In this document: in pieces, positions 51,665 through 63,900 of the stretch
Position numbering within the stretch: position 1 is the first letter of the stretch
How the letters are laid out: each line of letters begins with the position of its first letter
DNA from: Opitutia bacterium
Lineage (GTDB): Bacteria > Verrucomicrobiota > Verrucomicrobiia > Opitutales > Opitutaceae
Length of the DNA: 64,000 nt
Direction: 5' to 3'
Assembly: GCA_947478395.1 (NCBI GenBank)
Contig: CANJVR010000005.1
Span: 123,603 to 187,602 of the forward strand
Position numbers and translations under genes: made by a program
Notes under the pieces: generated by a model
Databases searched by the model: none
What the model was told of the DNA's origin: nothing
The model's input: only the letters and a program-made list of their open reading frames with translations

Positions 51665-51803
51665 TGGAGCGATCTAACCAAAATCGGAGCGGCTAACGAC
51701 GGAGCGGTCCGACGTCCTTGCCGGAGGAAACGCTGGCGCCGAACCCGGCAGGCAGAGACGCCTGCCGCTCCACCAAACGCCACGGAAAAACTTAACCGCT
51801 CCG
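51665..51803 (+). repeat. Family A element, copy 4
   Basis: GATCTAACCAAAA...GCCGAACCCGGCAGGCAGAGACGCCTGCCGCT...CTTAACCGCT, colinear with copy 1. Confidence 0.85.
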
Positions 51804-51903
51804 GCGCCGCGCGTTCAACTCCGCGTTCTTTTCGTCGGGAAAACCGGCCGAGATATTTTGGGGAACAGGGGGCCTTCGCCTCGATCGTTCCGCGAACCAG
51901 CCC

Positions 51904-53151
51904 TCAATGCACGTTCATCGAAACGCCGTCCTGCATGCCTAGGCGGAGCACGGCGGACAGCGGACCGGCTACATTCACGTCGAACGTCACCACGCCGACG
52001 GAGGAGTGTTCCTGCACGGGCTTCGCCACCACCCGGATTGAAGCCGACCGGCCGCGCGCGTCTCCTTCGGGCGTCACTTCCACCGTGAGCGATTGCACCC
52101 GCAGGGCCGTCCGGCCGAGTTCGATCGCGCTCAAATCGGCATAGGCAGGGTTCAACGGCGACAGCCACCGGGCCAGCGCGCCCGCCGACGCGGGCAGTAA
52201 CGCGATCCGCTCCGGCACCCGTTTAGTCAGAAAGCCCGGCGACGGCTCCAAGTGCACGATCGCCGGCTCATCGTCGCGCAATCCGAGGCGACCCGCACCA
52301 AGCTCCAAACCGTCTTTCGGCGACCAGCCCAAACCCAACTCGCCGTCGATCCGGCCACGCGCATCCGCCAAACCGCCCGGAACCAACGCCACGATGTCCT
52401 GCAGACCGACGCGCTGCATATGCATCCTCACTTTAATCGACGGCGGCGAAAGCGGCACCTTGCTCGGGTCGATCCACAACTCGCCTCCGCCGGCCTCGAG
52501 CCGAGCCGACTCAAGGGCCACGACGAGTTTGTCGTCGACCGACGCGTTGAGCTTTAGATTTCGCGCGCCGAACCGCGCCGTGGTGATGGTTCGGACGGCG
52601 ACTTCAACCGGACCAACGCTCGCCCAGTGCAGGCCGTCGGTTTCGAACGAAAACTCTCCGTGCAGCGAAACGCCTGCGAGTGACCAGCCTTGGTCCGCCT
52701 TGCGCACGATCGCGTCGTCCAACTCCACTTTGACCTTCCCCCGCGGTTTTCCCCGCCGGAGTTCACCGCCACCGGTCAGCTTCAATTTTCCGTCGGCGGT
52801 CACCCCGTTCCAACCGGAGCCCAGCCATGGCGCCAGGACCGCGAGCCACGGCCCGACCTCGACGACCGACTCATCGATTTGCCAGGTGCCATCGCCATTG
52901 GCCGCGAGGTGCGCCGTCCCGCGCACGTGAACGCCGTCGGCATCGGTCGCGATGGTGTAGTCGATGCGACCGTCGCGGCCCGCGGCGGCGGCAACGCGCC
53001 ATTGCAGTGCCGGCGCGCCGGGCAAAGCGAAACGGGTGACCACTCCGTTTAACTCGCCGGTGAAGGGAGGAAGCCGCAGTTCCGCCGCGTCGACCGCCGC
53101 GAGCGCGAAGCCCAGCGCAGCGCCCAAAAAACGCGGCGAAAATTTCAGCAT
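51904..53151 (-). CDS. Exported beta-rich hypothetical protein, possibly YdbH/AsmA-like
   Basis: Signal peptide, repeated beta-strands, ARGRIDGEL and C-terminal VTFDVNVAGPLSAVLRLG reminiscent of YdbH. Confidence 0.5.
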   Translation of the reverse strand: MLKFSPRFLGAALGFALAAVDAAELRLPPFTGELNGVVTRFALPGAPALQWRVAAAAGRDGRIDYTIATDADGVHVRGTAHLAANGDGTWQIDESVVEVGPWLAVLAPWLGSGWNGVTADGKLKLTGGGELRRGKPRGKVKVELDDAIVRKADQGWSLAGVSLHGEFSFETDGLHWASVGPVEVAVRTITTARFGARNLKLNASVDDKLVVALESARLEAGGGELWIDPSKVPLSPPSIKVRMHMQRVGLQDIVALVPGGLADARGRIDGELGLGWSPKDGLELGAGRLGLRDDEPAIVHLEPSPGFLTKRVPERIALLPASAGALARWLSPLNPAYADLSAIELGRTALRVQSLTVEVTPEGDARGRSASIRVVAKPVQEHSSVGVVTFDVNVAGPLSAVLRLGMQDGVSMNVH

Positions 53152-53205
53152 GCCCCGCGAAGGGAAGCGGTCTGCTTCATGAGGTCAAACGACGATCATC
53201 GTACG

Positions 53206-53301
53206 TTAAGCGCAAAGACGCAAAGGCGCTGAGGTCTGAGCAAAGAAAACCTGATTTCAGTCGTTTGATCGAACTTCGTTCCTTCGCGTCTTTGCGCTTA
53301 A
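53206..53301. repeat. Inverted repeat of short (8-9 nt) tandem units downstream of glgP
   Basis: TTAAGCGCAAAGACGCAAAGG ... CCTTCGCGTCTTTGCGCTTAA (20/21 inverted match). Confidence 0.75.
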
Positions 53302-53315
53302 TCCGTTCCGATCCC

Positions 53316-55883
<2,568 letters not shown>

Positions 55884-55901
55884 GCTAAAATTAGGTTTGT
55901 T

Positions 55902-55918
55902 AACAAGATTCGTGCCAA
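55902..55918 (-). promoter_or_regulatory. Candidate sigma-54 (-24/-12) promoter of glgP
   Basis: Minus-strand TTGGCACGAATCTTGTT versus consensus TGGCACG-N4-TTGC (one mismatch at -12), about 20 nt upstream of the ATG. Confidence 0.45.
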
Positions 55919-55980
55919 CACTTGGCGGCGGTTGCGCCTAAATTGCGTGAAATTCGAACGGCCGTAAAGGGCACGTCGGA

Positions 55981-57762
55981 CTATCTCTGGAAACGGCGCG
56001 CCAACTCGGCGTGATTGACCTCAATGTAGGTCGGGCGGCCCGCCGGGCTGGTGAGCGGATGGCGCGTCGCAAACAGGTCCGACACCAGCGTCCGCAGTTG
56101 CGTCTCACCGGTGCCCGCCAGCGGAGCAAGACGAACGGCCTTGGCCGCAGCCAAGCGGGCCAATTCCTCCCTCGCCAGTACAAGGTTACCGTCCGGCAGG
56201 CTGCCGTCACGCAGCGAGCCGAGCACATCGCGCAGAAACGCTTCGACGTCGGCCGGCTCCATCCACGGCGGCACACCCTCGATGCGAAAAAAATTTCGGC
56301 CGAACTCCGCCAGCTCAAAGCCATGCGTGTTCAAAAACGCGAGCCGGTCGAGCAACAGGGCTGACGCGATCGGATCGAGCTCGAGCGGAACGGGCAGTAG
56401 CAACCGCTGACTCGGCACCGCGCCCGCGACAAACTGGGCCTGCAAACGTTCGAACCACACGCGTTCGTGGGCGGCTCTGCGGTCGAGCAGGACCAGCCCG
56501 GCGGGCGTTTCGAATAGGGCATAGTTGCCGTGGGCGAGACCGATGAAACCCCACTCCGGCGAAGCCGGCGCCACGGGCGCCGGGATCGGCGGGTTTGGGG
56601 TTGCGGGCTTCGGGTTGAAAGCCGGCGCGCTGGCCACCCTCAGGCCGGATAAATGCGCGCGCAGAATAGGCGGTGGCAGGGACGACGCTAACGTCAATGG
56701 TGCCGACGGCGGCGAACTCGAAACCCGAAACTCCGAACCCGAAACCACTGGGTCCGGCTGCCCCGCCGCCGGCCCCAGCTCGCGCAGCCGTTGCAGCACG
56801 CTGCGAATCACAAAACTCCGCACCGCCGGCTCGCTCCGAAAACGCACTTCGCGTTTCGTCGGGTGCACGTTGACGTCGACCGCGGCCGGATCGCATTCGA
56901 AAAAAACAAACGCCAGTGGATACCGCCCCTTCGGCAGCGACTCGTGATAACTCTCGATCAGCGCGTAGTTCAGGGTGCGGCTGTCGACCGGCCGGCCATT
57001 GACGAAAACAATCATCTCATGCCGCGTGGCCCGCCCCACCCCCGGCCGCCCGATCAGCCCGCTCAAACGCATATCGGCCTCGCCGCTCTCGATCGTCACA
57101 AGCGTCTCCGCCAGCTGGCGGCCGAAAATTTCCGTCACGCGTTCGGCTAGCGTCGAACATTCCGGCGAACGAAAAATCACGCGTCCATCCTCGATCAGCG
57201 TAAAGGCGACCGTCGGGCTCGCGAGCGCGTAGAGCCGCACGCATTGCACGATGTGCGCGGCCTCGGTCGGATCGGTCTTGAGAAATTTGCGGCGCGCCGG
57301 GACGGAGTTGAAAAGGTGCGTGACTTCGATGCGCGTGCCCACGGGCCGTCCGCAATCGCGCACGTGCACGAATTTGCCGCCGTTCACGAGGATCTCCGTG
57401 CCGGTATCCTGATCAGCGGGTCGCGTCTGCAATTCGAAGCGGGCCACGCTGGCGATGGACGGCAGCGCCTCGCCGCGAAACCCGAAGGTGTGCAACCGGT
57501 CGAGATCGACGGCCTCCGCGATCTTGCTCGTGGCGTGCCGTTCGAGTGCCAGCAACGCGTCGTCGCGCGCCATGCCGTGACCGTTGTCCTCGATGCGCAT
57601 GAGCGAGCGCCCGCCGTGGCGAAACTCGACCTCGATACGCGTAGCCCCGGCGTCGAGGGCATTTTCGACCAGCTCCTTCACCACGGCCGCGGGCCGTTCG
57701 ATGACCTCCCCCGCCGCGATCTGATTTGCGACCCGGTCAGGGAGAATGCGGATGCGTGACAT
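55981..57762 (-). CDS. mutL: DNA mismatch repair protein MutL
   Basis: NQIAAGEVIERPA.VVKELVENALDAG, GFRGEAL, DVNVHPTKREV, LDRRAAHERV. Confidence 0.97.
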   Translation of the reverse strand: MSRIRILPDRVANQIAAGEVIERPAAVVKELVENALDAGATRIEVEFRHGGRSLMRIEDNGHGMARDDALLALERHATSKIAEAVDLDRLHTFGFRGEALPSIASVARFELQTRPADQDTGTEILVNGGKFVHVRDCGRPVGTRIEVTHLFNSVPARRKFLKTDPTEAAHIVQCVRLYALASPTVAFTLIEDGRVIFRSPECSTLAERVTEIFGRQLAETLVTIESGEADMRLSGLIGRPGVGRATRHEMIVFVNGRPVDSRTLNYALIESYHESLPKGRYPLAFVFFECDPAAVDVNVHPTKREVRFRSEPAVRSFVIRSVLQRLRELGPAAGQPDPVVSGSEFRVSSSPPSAPLTLASSLPPPILRAHLSGLRVASAPAFNPKPATPNPPIPAPVAPASPEWGFIGLAHGNYALFETPAGLVLLDRRAAHERVWFERLQAQFVAGAVPSQRLLLPVPLELDPIASALLLDRLAFLNTHGFELAEFGRNFFRIEGVPPWMEPADVEAFLRDVLGSLRDGSLPDGNLVLAREELARLAAAKAVRLAPLAGTGETQLRTLVSDLFATRHPLTSPAGRPTYIEVNHAELARRFQR

Positions 57763-57843
57763 GGCGGGAGTGGCGGGTGGCGAGTAGGCAAACCGAAGCG
57801 CGCGGAGGGTTGGGATGCTCGGCTGCCCGCTGCTCGCTCCGCC

Positions 57844-59247
57844 CTATTTCCCCAGCAGCTTTCCCCAGCGCTTGAACTGTTTCGCGACTTGCACCGGGCC
57901 GGGCATGCCGGTGCCGCGACGCTTCGCGAGCGCGAGTTTCAAATCGAAAACTTTAATCCAATCCGGACCGAACGCCGGATTAATTTTTTGTACAGCGTCG
58001 GTCGCAAGCTGGTCCAGGGGGAGTTTTTGTTGCTCGGCGAGCCGCACCACCGCGCCGACCGCGTGATGCGCGTCGCGGAACGCCACGCCCTTGAGCACGA
58101 GGTAGTCCGCCAGATCGGTCGCCAGCAGCCCGGGATCGGCCACCGCGGACGCGCAGCGCGCTGGAATAAGCTGCAGGCCGGCGATCGTACCGGCGAGTAC
58201 ATCGGCGCAGAGGGCGGATTGATCGAAGCTGTCGAAAACCGGCGGCTTGTCCTCCTGCAAATCGCGATTGTAGGTGAGCGGCAGGCCCTTCGTGAGCGTG
58301 AGCAGCGTGTGCAGATTGCCCTGCAACCGCGCGGATTTGCCGCGGAGCAGTTCACACGAATCCGGATTTTTCTTCTGCGGCATCAACGAAGACCCCGTGC
58401 AGAACGCATCCGGCAGTTCGACAAATTTGAACTCCGCGCTGCTCCAAAGAATCAGGTCCTCCGCGATACGCGAAAGATGCACGCCAAACGTCGCGCACGC
58501 CGCGGCAAACTCGATGAAGACATCGCGGTCGGCGACGGTGTCCATGGAGTTTTGCGTGACCTGCGGCCGGCCCTTCGCATCGACAAAGCCGAGCGCTTTG
58601 GCCGTGAACTCGCGATCGATCGGCAGCGTCGTGCCGGCAATCGCGCCCGAGCCGAGCGGACACCAGTTCGCGTGCGCCGCAACCTCGGCGAGCCGGGCGC
58701 GGTCGCGCTCGAGCATTTCCAGCCAGGCAAATAAATGATGCGCCAGATACACCGGCTGCGCGCGCTGCAGATGAGTATAACCGGGAATGAGCACCGCCTG
58801 GTTGGCCTCGGCCACCGACAACAGAGCGCGTTGCGCCCCGAGAATTTTTTCCGTCAGCACCGCGCAGGCCTGCTTGAACCACAGCCGCATATCGGTCGCG
58901 ACTTGGTCGTTCCGACTCCGCGCCGTATGGAGCTTGGCCGCCGCCGGCACGCTCCGCGTGAGCGCCTGCTCGATGTTCATGTGCACATCCTCGAGCTTGG
59001 TGTCCCAGGTAAATTTGCCCGCGGCGATCTCGGCGAGGATAACGTCGAGACCGGCGTGAATCGCGTCGCGTTCCTTGTTGGTAATGAGACCGACGTGCGC
59101 GAGCATCGCGGAGTGGGCCTTGCTGCCGGCGATATCGAAGGGTGCGAGGCGGCGGTCGAACGAGACGGACTCGCTGAACCGCAGCATCAACTCGGCAGGA
59201 CCGGCGGTGAAGCGCCCGCCCCAGGTGACTTGGGAAGACTTGGCCAT
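57844..59247 (-). CDS. argH: Argininosuccinate lyase
   Basis: [45 protein letters not shown]. Confidence 0.97.
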   Translation of the reverse strand: MAKSSQVTWGGRFTAGPAELMLRFSESVSFDRRLAPFDIAGSKAHSAMLAHVGLITNKERDAIHAGLDVILAEIAAGKFTWDTKLEDVHMNIEQALTRSVPAAAKLHTARSRNDQVATDMRLWFKQACAVLTEKILGAQRALLSVAEANQAVLIPGYTHLQRAQPVYLAHHLFAWLEMLERDRARLAEVAAHANWCPLGSGAIAGTTLPIDREFTAKALGFVDAKGRPQVTQNSMDTVADRDVFIEFAAACATFGVHLSRIAEDLILWSSAEFKFVELPDAFCTGSSLMPQKKNPDSCELLRGKSARLQGNLHTLLTLTKGLPLTYNRDLQEDKPPVFDSFDQSALCADVLAGTIAGLQLIPARCASAVADPGLLATDLADYLVLKGVAFRDAHHAVGAVVRLAEQQKLPLDQLATDAVQKINPAFGPDWIKVFDLKLALAKRRGTGMPGPVQVAKQFKRWGKLLGK

Positions 59248-59466
59248 GGTGGGCGCCGAGATGACGATGCACGCGCGCTGCGCGCAACCGAATTTCCTCC
59301 TGAATAAAATGTGGACGGGGCGCCCTCACTCTGAAGAAACCCAGAACGCAACGATTACATCGAACCAAGACGTCGCGGCCTCCTTGTCCTTGGCGCTGGA
59401 TTTCCGCGATCTACTTTTTTGGAAAATCCCGTTTGCCCACGCCGAGGTTGCTCCCACGCTCGCGTC

Positions 59467-59907
59467 ATGTCGTTGCGCTGGTTGCTCTTTTTATTCGGTT
59501 GCGGTGTGGCCTGCGCCGCGCCGGCCAACCAGCAGACCGTGATCATCGAGCCGGCGAAAACCTCGATCTACATCGGTAGCGTGACGATGACGATGCCGCC
59601 ATTTCAGCGGATCGAAGCGCGCTACGAATCAAGCTATGTGGCCACGATTTTTCCGTATTTTTTTTACAACGAACACGGCCGGCTCGCGATCGATTTCTCG
59701 GACGCGCAACTAGCGCAGCTCGGCCGCGGCGAGCACGTCGAGTTCAAGGGCGCAGGGCACAATGCAGCCGGCGAGGAACGACGGATCGAAGGCACCGCGA
59801 CCCCCACCGATACGGAGCGCGGAAAAATCAAAGTGCGCGTGTTTGTGTCGAAAAAAATTCAGCTGATCTTCAACACGACCTATCGCTTCGTCCCGGCGGC
59901 GAAATAA
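59467..59907 (+). CDS. Exported hypothetical protein
   Basis: Signal-peptide-like N-terminus, host-like codon usage, ends IFNTTYRF. Confidence 0.65.
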   Translation: MSLRWLLFLFGCGVACAAPANQQTVIIEPAKTSIYIGSVTMTMPPFQRIEARYESSYVATIFPYFFYNEHGRLAIDFSDAQLAQLGRGEHVEFKGAGHNAAGEERRIEGTATPTDTERGKIKVRVFVSKKIQLIFNTTYRFVPAAK

Positions 59908-59996
59908 GCCCTGATCCGGCCGAAGACCGGGCCAACCCGGAGCCCGGAAACCGGGACTTAGAACTCCAAACCCAGTTCGGCTTCGCCGAACGAAAG

Positions 59997-60073
59997 TGGC
60001 GCGATGGGCGAGACTCGAACTCGCGACGATCGGTTTAGAAAACCGATGCTCTATCCAGCTGAGCTACCACCGC
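59997..60073 (-). tRNA. tRNA-Arg (anticodon TCT)
   Basis: GCGGTGGTAGCTCAGCTGGATAGAGCA-TCGGT-TTTCTAA-ACCGA-TCGTCGCGAGTTCGAGTCTCGCCCATCGCGCCA; 77 nt, CCA encoded. Confidence 0.95.
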
Positions 60074-60237
60074 TCTCTCCTTTTCACATAAATAGCCCGG
60101 CGGCCGAAAAACGAGGTAAACTTTTTCGCCTGCCGTGGCCGCTTTCCGGAGGGCTCCAAGCTGAGGCGAGTTGGGAGGAAAACAAACCAAGCCGCCCATG
60201 AAGCGCGCCGCCGCTGGACTTCTTGGCGCCATTTCTG

Positions 60238-60417
60238 GCCACGAAAGTGAGCCAGCCCTAAGGTGGTTCAAACCGCCTAACTCCCCTACGTCAGGGCTCA
60301 GTAGATCCATCCCTCCAGCTTCACCGGCCACTTTTCTGGATTGAACGGGGGGATAAGACCCAGACGACGTTTCGCCCATGAGGAGTCGGCCAACCCTCCC
60401 GACCGCACCACCGTGGC
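60238..60417 (-). ncRNA. Candidate 6S RNA (long rod-shaped hairpin)
   Basis: End-to-end pairing on the - strand: GCCACG/CGUGGC, GUG/CAC, GGUCGG/CUGGCU, GGUU/AACC, GCC/GGC, GACUCC/GGAGUU, GGGC/GCCC, AUCCC/GGGAU. About 180 nt; G-U pairs favour the - strand. Confidence 0.55.
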
Positions 60418-60551
60418 GATACCATCGCGAAGGGTAAGATTCGGTTCGGATCGCTCCGTTTCGAAATGAGACGCTCAAAACCCGGGGAGTTTAAAAACCG
60501 ACGCTTGACTTGACCGCGGTGGATTTGCACGTTCGCCAACTCTTCCCTCAC

Positions 60552-60628
60552 GGGGTGGTAGCTCAGCTGGTTAGAGCGTCTGCCTGTCACGCAGAAGGTC
60601 GCGGGTTCGAGTCCCGTCCATCCCGCCA
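60552..60628 (+). tRNA. tRNA-Asp (anticodon GTC)
   Basis: GGGGTGGTAGCTCAGCTGGTTAGAGCG-TCTGC-CTGTCAC-GCAGA-AGGTCGCGGGTTCGAGTCCCGTCCATCCCGCCA; 77 nt. Confidence 0.97.
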
Positions 60629-60900
60629 TTTTTCTCCTTTGAAAAATGGCGGAAACTTAAATTTCAGACAAGTTCCAGACAGATTTTGGCTTGATCGGAT
60701 GTCGGTGTGAAACTTGCTAAAAAGGCGTCAGCCTTACCGACCCGCCAGTCGGTGGTGCACCGGTGGCCGCAGTGGTGCAGGCACCCAGAAAAACAGGGTG
60801 CCGGGTTGTCATGGTTTAGAGGCTAGAATGCACTATCGGGCTTTTTTGGGGGAGTTGTAGCCCTAAAATTACGAACAGCGCGATGACTAGCGCATTTGAA

Positions 60901-63900
60901 TCAAGGCAGCTCGTAAACTTCCACGAGGGTCACCCCGGAGCCGCCATCAGCCCCGATCACTTGCGCCGTGTAGCTGCCCGGAGACAGTACGGCTAGCACG
61001 ACGCTATCCGCCGTGCCACGCGTGAGAGCAAAGGCACCGACGCTCTGCGAAGCCGCAATAATCTGATCGGAAACCCCCGAGGATTCCCAACCGGTGTTTT
61101 CCGCGATTGGAGTAGATGTGCTGTCGAAGACGGTGAGTTTGGGCAGGGCCAATGTTCCCGTTACGCCGAAGCCGGCGAGCGCAGGGCCGGTTGCGCGGAT
61201 GAGCACCGCTTTCGCCACCGCTCCCTGAACTACGAATCCTGAAATCAACGGGCCAGCGCCTGCTTGTACGAGGGCACGAGTAGCCAGATTCACCAAGCGA
61301 CTTTTATCGGGATCGGCGGCATCGAGATCGTAAGCTTCAACGATGGCTTTACCCGTAGTGCCACCCACGCCTGAGACCTGAATCGAATACGCACCTGGAT
61401 CGAGGCTGACTACCAGCGCGGAGTCTTTACTGCCCGCAGTCAGGGCAAATGCGCCTACTGAATTACCTGCCGCAACTACTGATGCCGCGTTGGCCGCGTC
61501 GGAGCTCCAGTTGTCGTTGCGTAACCATTCGACCGATCCTTTGAAGATCGACAATTGAGGGTCAGCCAAAACATCCGAGACTCCGAATTGCCCAAGAGCC
61601 GGGCCGGCTGCACGGATCAAAAGGCGTTTAACGCGGTTACCCGCGACGACGAAGCCGGGAATCAAAATATCACCGCCCGTGCCAACGTAGCCCAAGGTCG
61701 AGAGATTGAGCTGACGACCAAATCCGTCATTGATCACAACCGTCGCCGACTTGCTCGTCGCAGACCCGGCGGAATTGGTCACGACCACATTGTAGCTACC
61801 CGCTTGCGAGGCTAAGATATCAGTGAGAACGAGCGTCGCAGCCGTGGCACCGGGAACGGCAGTGCCGTTGAGCTGCCACTGATAAGTCGGAGCCGGCGAA
61901 CCGGACGCGGCGACGGACAAGATGAGTGAGCTACCTGCCTTGATCGTGATCCCCTTGGGCTCACGCGTAATGACGGGTGCGACGACTGGATCGGAAACCC
62001 GGTACAAGGCAGCAGACGAACTTGTGATCGTACCCGTGGGTGATGACACCGTCACGGAGTAGGTGCCAAAATCCGCTGCCTTGATCGAGGTAAGGCCAAG
62101 CGTGGAGCTTGTCGCGCCCGGAATGTTTACTCCATCCTTACGCCATTGATAGGTCAGGGTTACTCCCGAGGCGGCAGTCGCAGTTACGTTGAAGGCGGAA
62201 GCTAGGGCATCACCGATAGCAGCCGAACGAGAAGTTGGGTTAGCGGTAATCGTTAAGGGAGAATTAACCGTGAGAGTCGCTGAATTGGAGGTCACCGAAC
62301 CAGAGCTACTCGTCACCAAGACGCTGTAGCTGCCGGCCTGAGCGGCGGTGACGTTTACTAATCGTAGGGTTGAGCCTGTAGCTCCAGCGATGGGGGCCCC
62401 ATCTTTTTTCCATTCATATTTTATGGGTGCGGCTCCATCCGCCAAAACCGAGAACGTTGCGTTCTGACCCAGCAAAATAGAGACCGACGTTGGCTGGGTA
62501 ACGATACTTAAGGTGTTCGAGGTAGAAACCACCGTGAGGGCAGCTGAGTTGCTCGTAACGGAACCTGCGCCATTATTTACAACGACGGTGTAGTTACCGG
62601 CGCTTATAACACTCGCAGATGACACGGTGTAGGTGGAATTCGTCGCACCACCAATGGGAGCTCCATCTTTTCTCCACTGATATGAAAGCGGTGCGGTTCC
62701 GCTCGCTACGACGCTAAAGCTAGCAGCCCCATCCGTTTGCACCGAGACTGAATTGGGCTGGGTCGTAATCGTTGGCGCTACGACCGCTGCGGCGACCGTC
62801 AAGGTTGCGGCGTTGCTCGTCGCAGAGCCTGCACTGTTGGTCACCACCACGGTGTAGTTACCGGCGTCACTCGTAGAGGTTGAGTTGATCGAGTGCGTCG
62901 AGGATGTAGCCCAGCTGATCGACATGCCGTCTTTCTTCCACTGATAGGTAAACGGGGAAGTGCCACTCGCCGCTACCGAAAAGCTAGCGGCATTACCTGC
63001 GGTAACCGATGCCGCACCCGGGTGGCTCGTGATCGATGGAGCGGTTACGGTTGTGACCAAAGCAAGTGTCGCGGCATTACTCGTAGCCGAACCCACGCTA
63101 TTGCTAACCACCACCGTGAAACTCCCCGCGTCACTTGAGGCAGTTGAGTTAATGGTGTAGGTCGAAGAGGTCGCTCCCGTAATGGCTACGCCATCCTTCT
63201 TCCACAGATACGTGAACGGAGTAGTACCACTGGCGGATACTGAAAAATTAGCCGCCCCACCCGCTTGCAACGAAACCGCATTGGGCTGCGTCGTGATGGT
63301 TGGAGCTATGACCGCTGCAGCCACAGTTAACGTTGCGGCGTTGCTCGTCGCTGAACCGGCGCTGTTGGTCACCACCACGGTGTAGCTACCCGCGTCGCTC
63401 GTGGAGGTAGAGCTGATCGTGTACGTTGACGAAGTTGCTCCACCAATGGAGGTGCCGTCTTTTTTCCATTGATAGGTTAAAGGAGCGGTACCACTCGCTC
63501 CGACCGAGAAGCTAGCTGCACCGCCAGTTGTGACCGAACTTGCGCCTGGCTGCGTCGTGATGGTTGGAGCTACGACCGCTGCAGCCACAGTTAACGTTAC
63601 GGCGTTGCTCGTCGCTGAACCGGCGCTGTTGGTCACCACCACGGTGTAGCTACCCGCGTCGCTCGTGGAGGTAGAGCTGATCGTGTAGGTAGATGAAGTT
63701 GCTCCACCAATGGAGGTGCCGTCTTTTCTCCATTGATAGGTAAGCGGTGCCGTTCCACTGGCGACGATCGTGAAGCTAGCCGCGCTCCCTGCGGTGCCCG
63801 AACTTACGCTTGGCTGCGTCGTGATGGTTGGAGCTATGACCGCTGCGGCGACCGTTAAGGTTGCGGCGTTGCTCGTCGCTGAACCGGCGCTGTTGGTCAC

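Noticed and set aside
60035..60629. ORFs 60035-60478 and 60321-60629
   Set aside because: They overlap the tRNAs and the structured RNA candidate.
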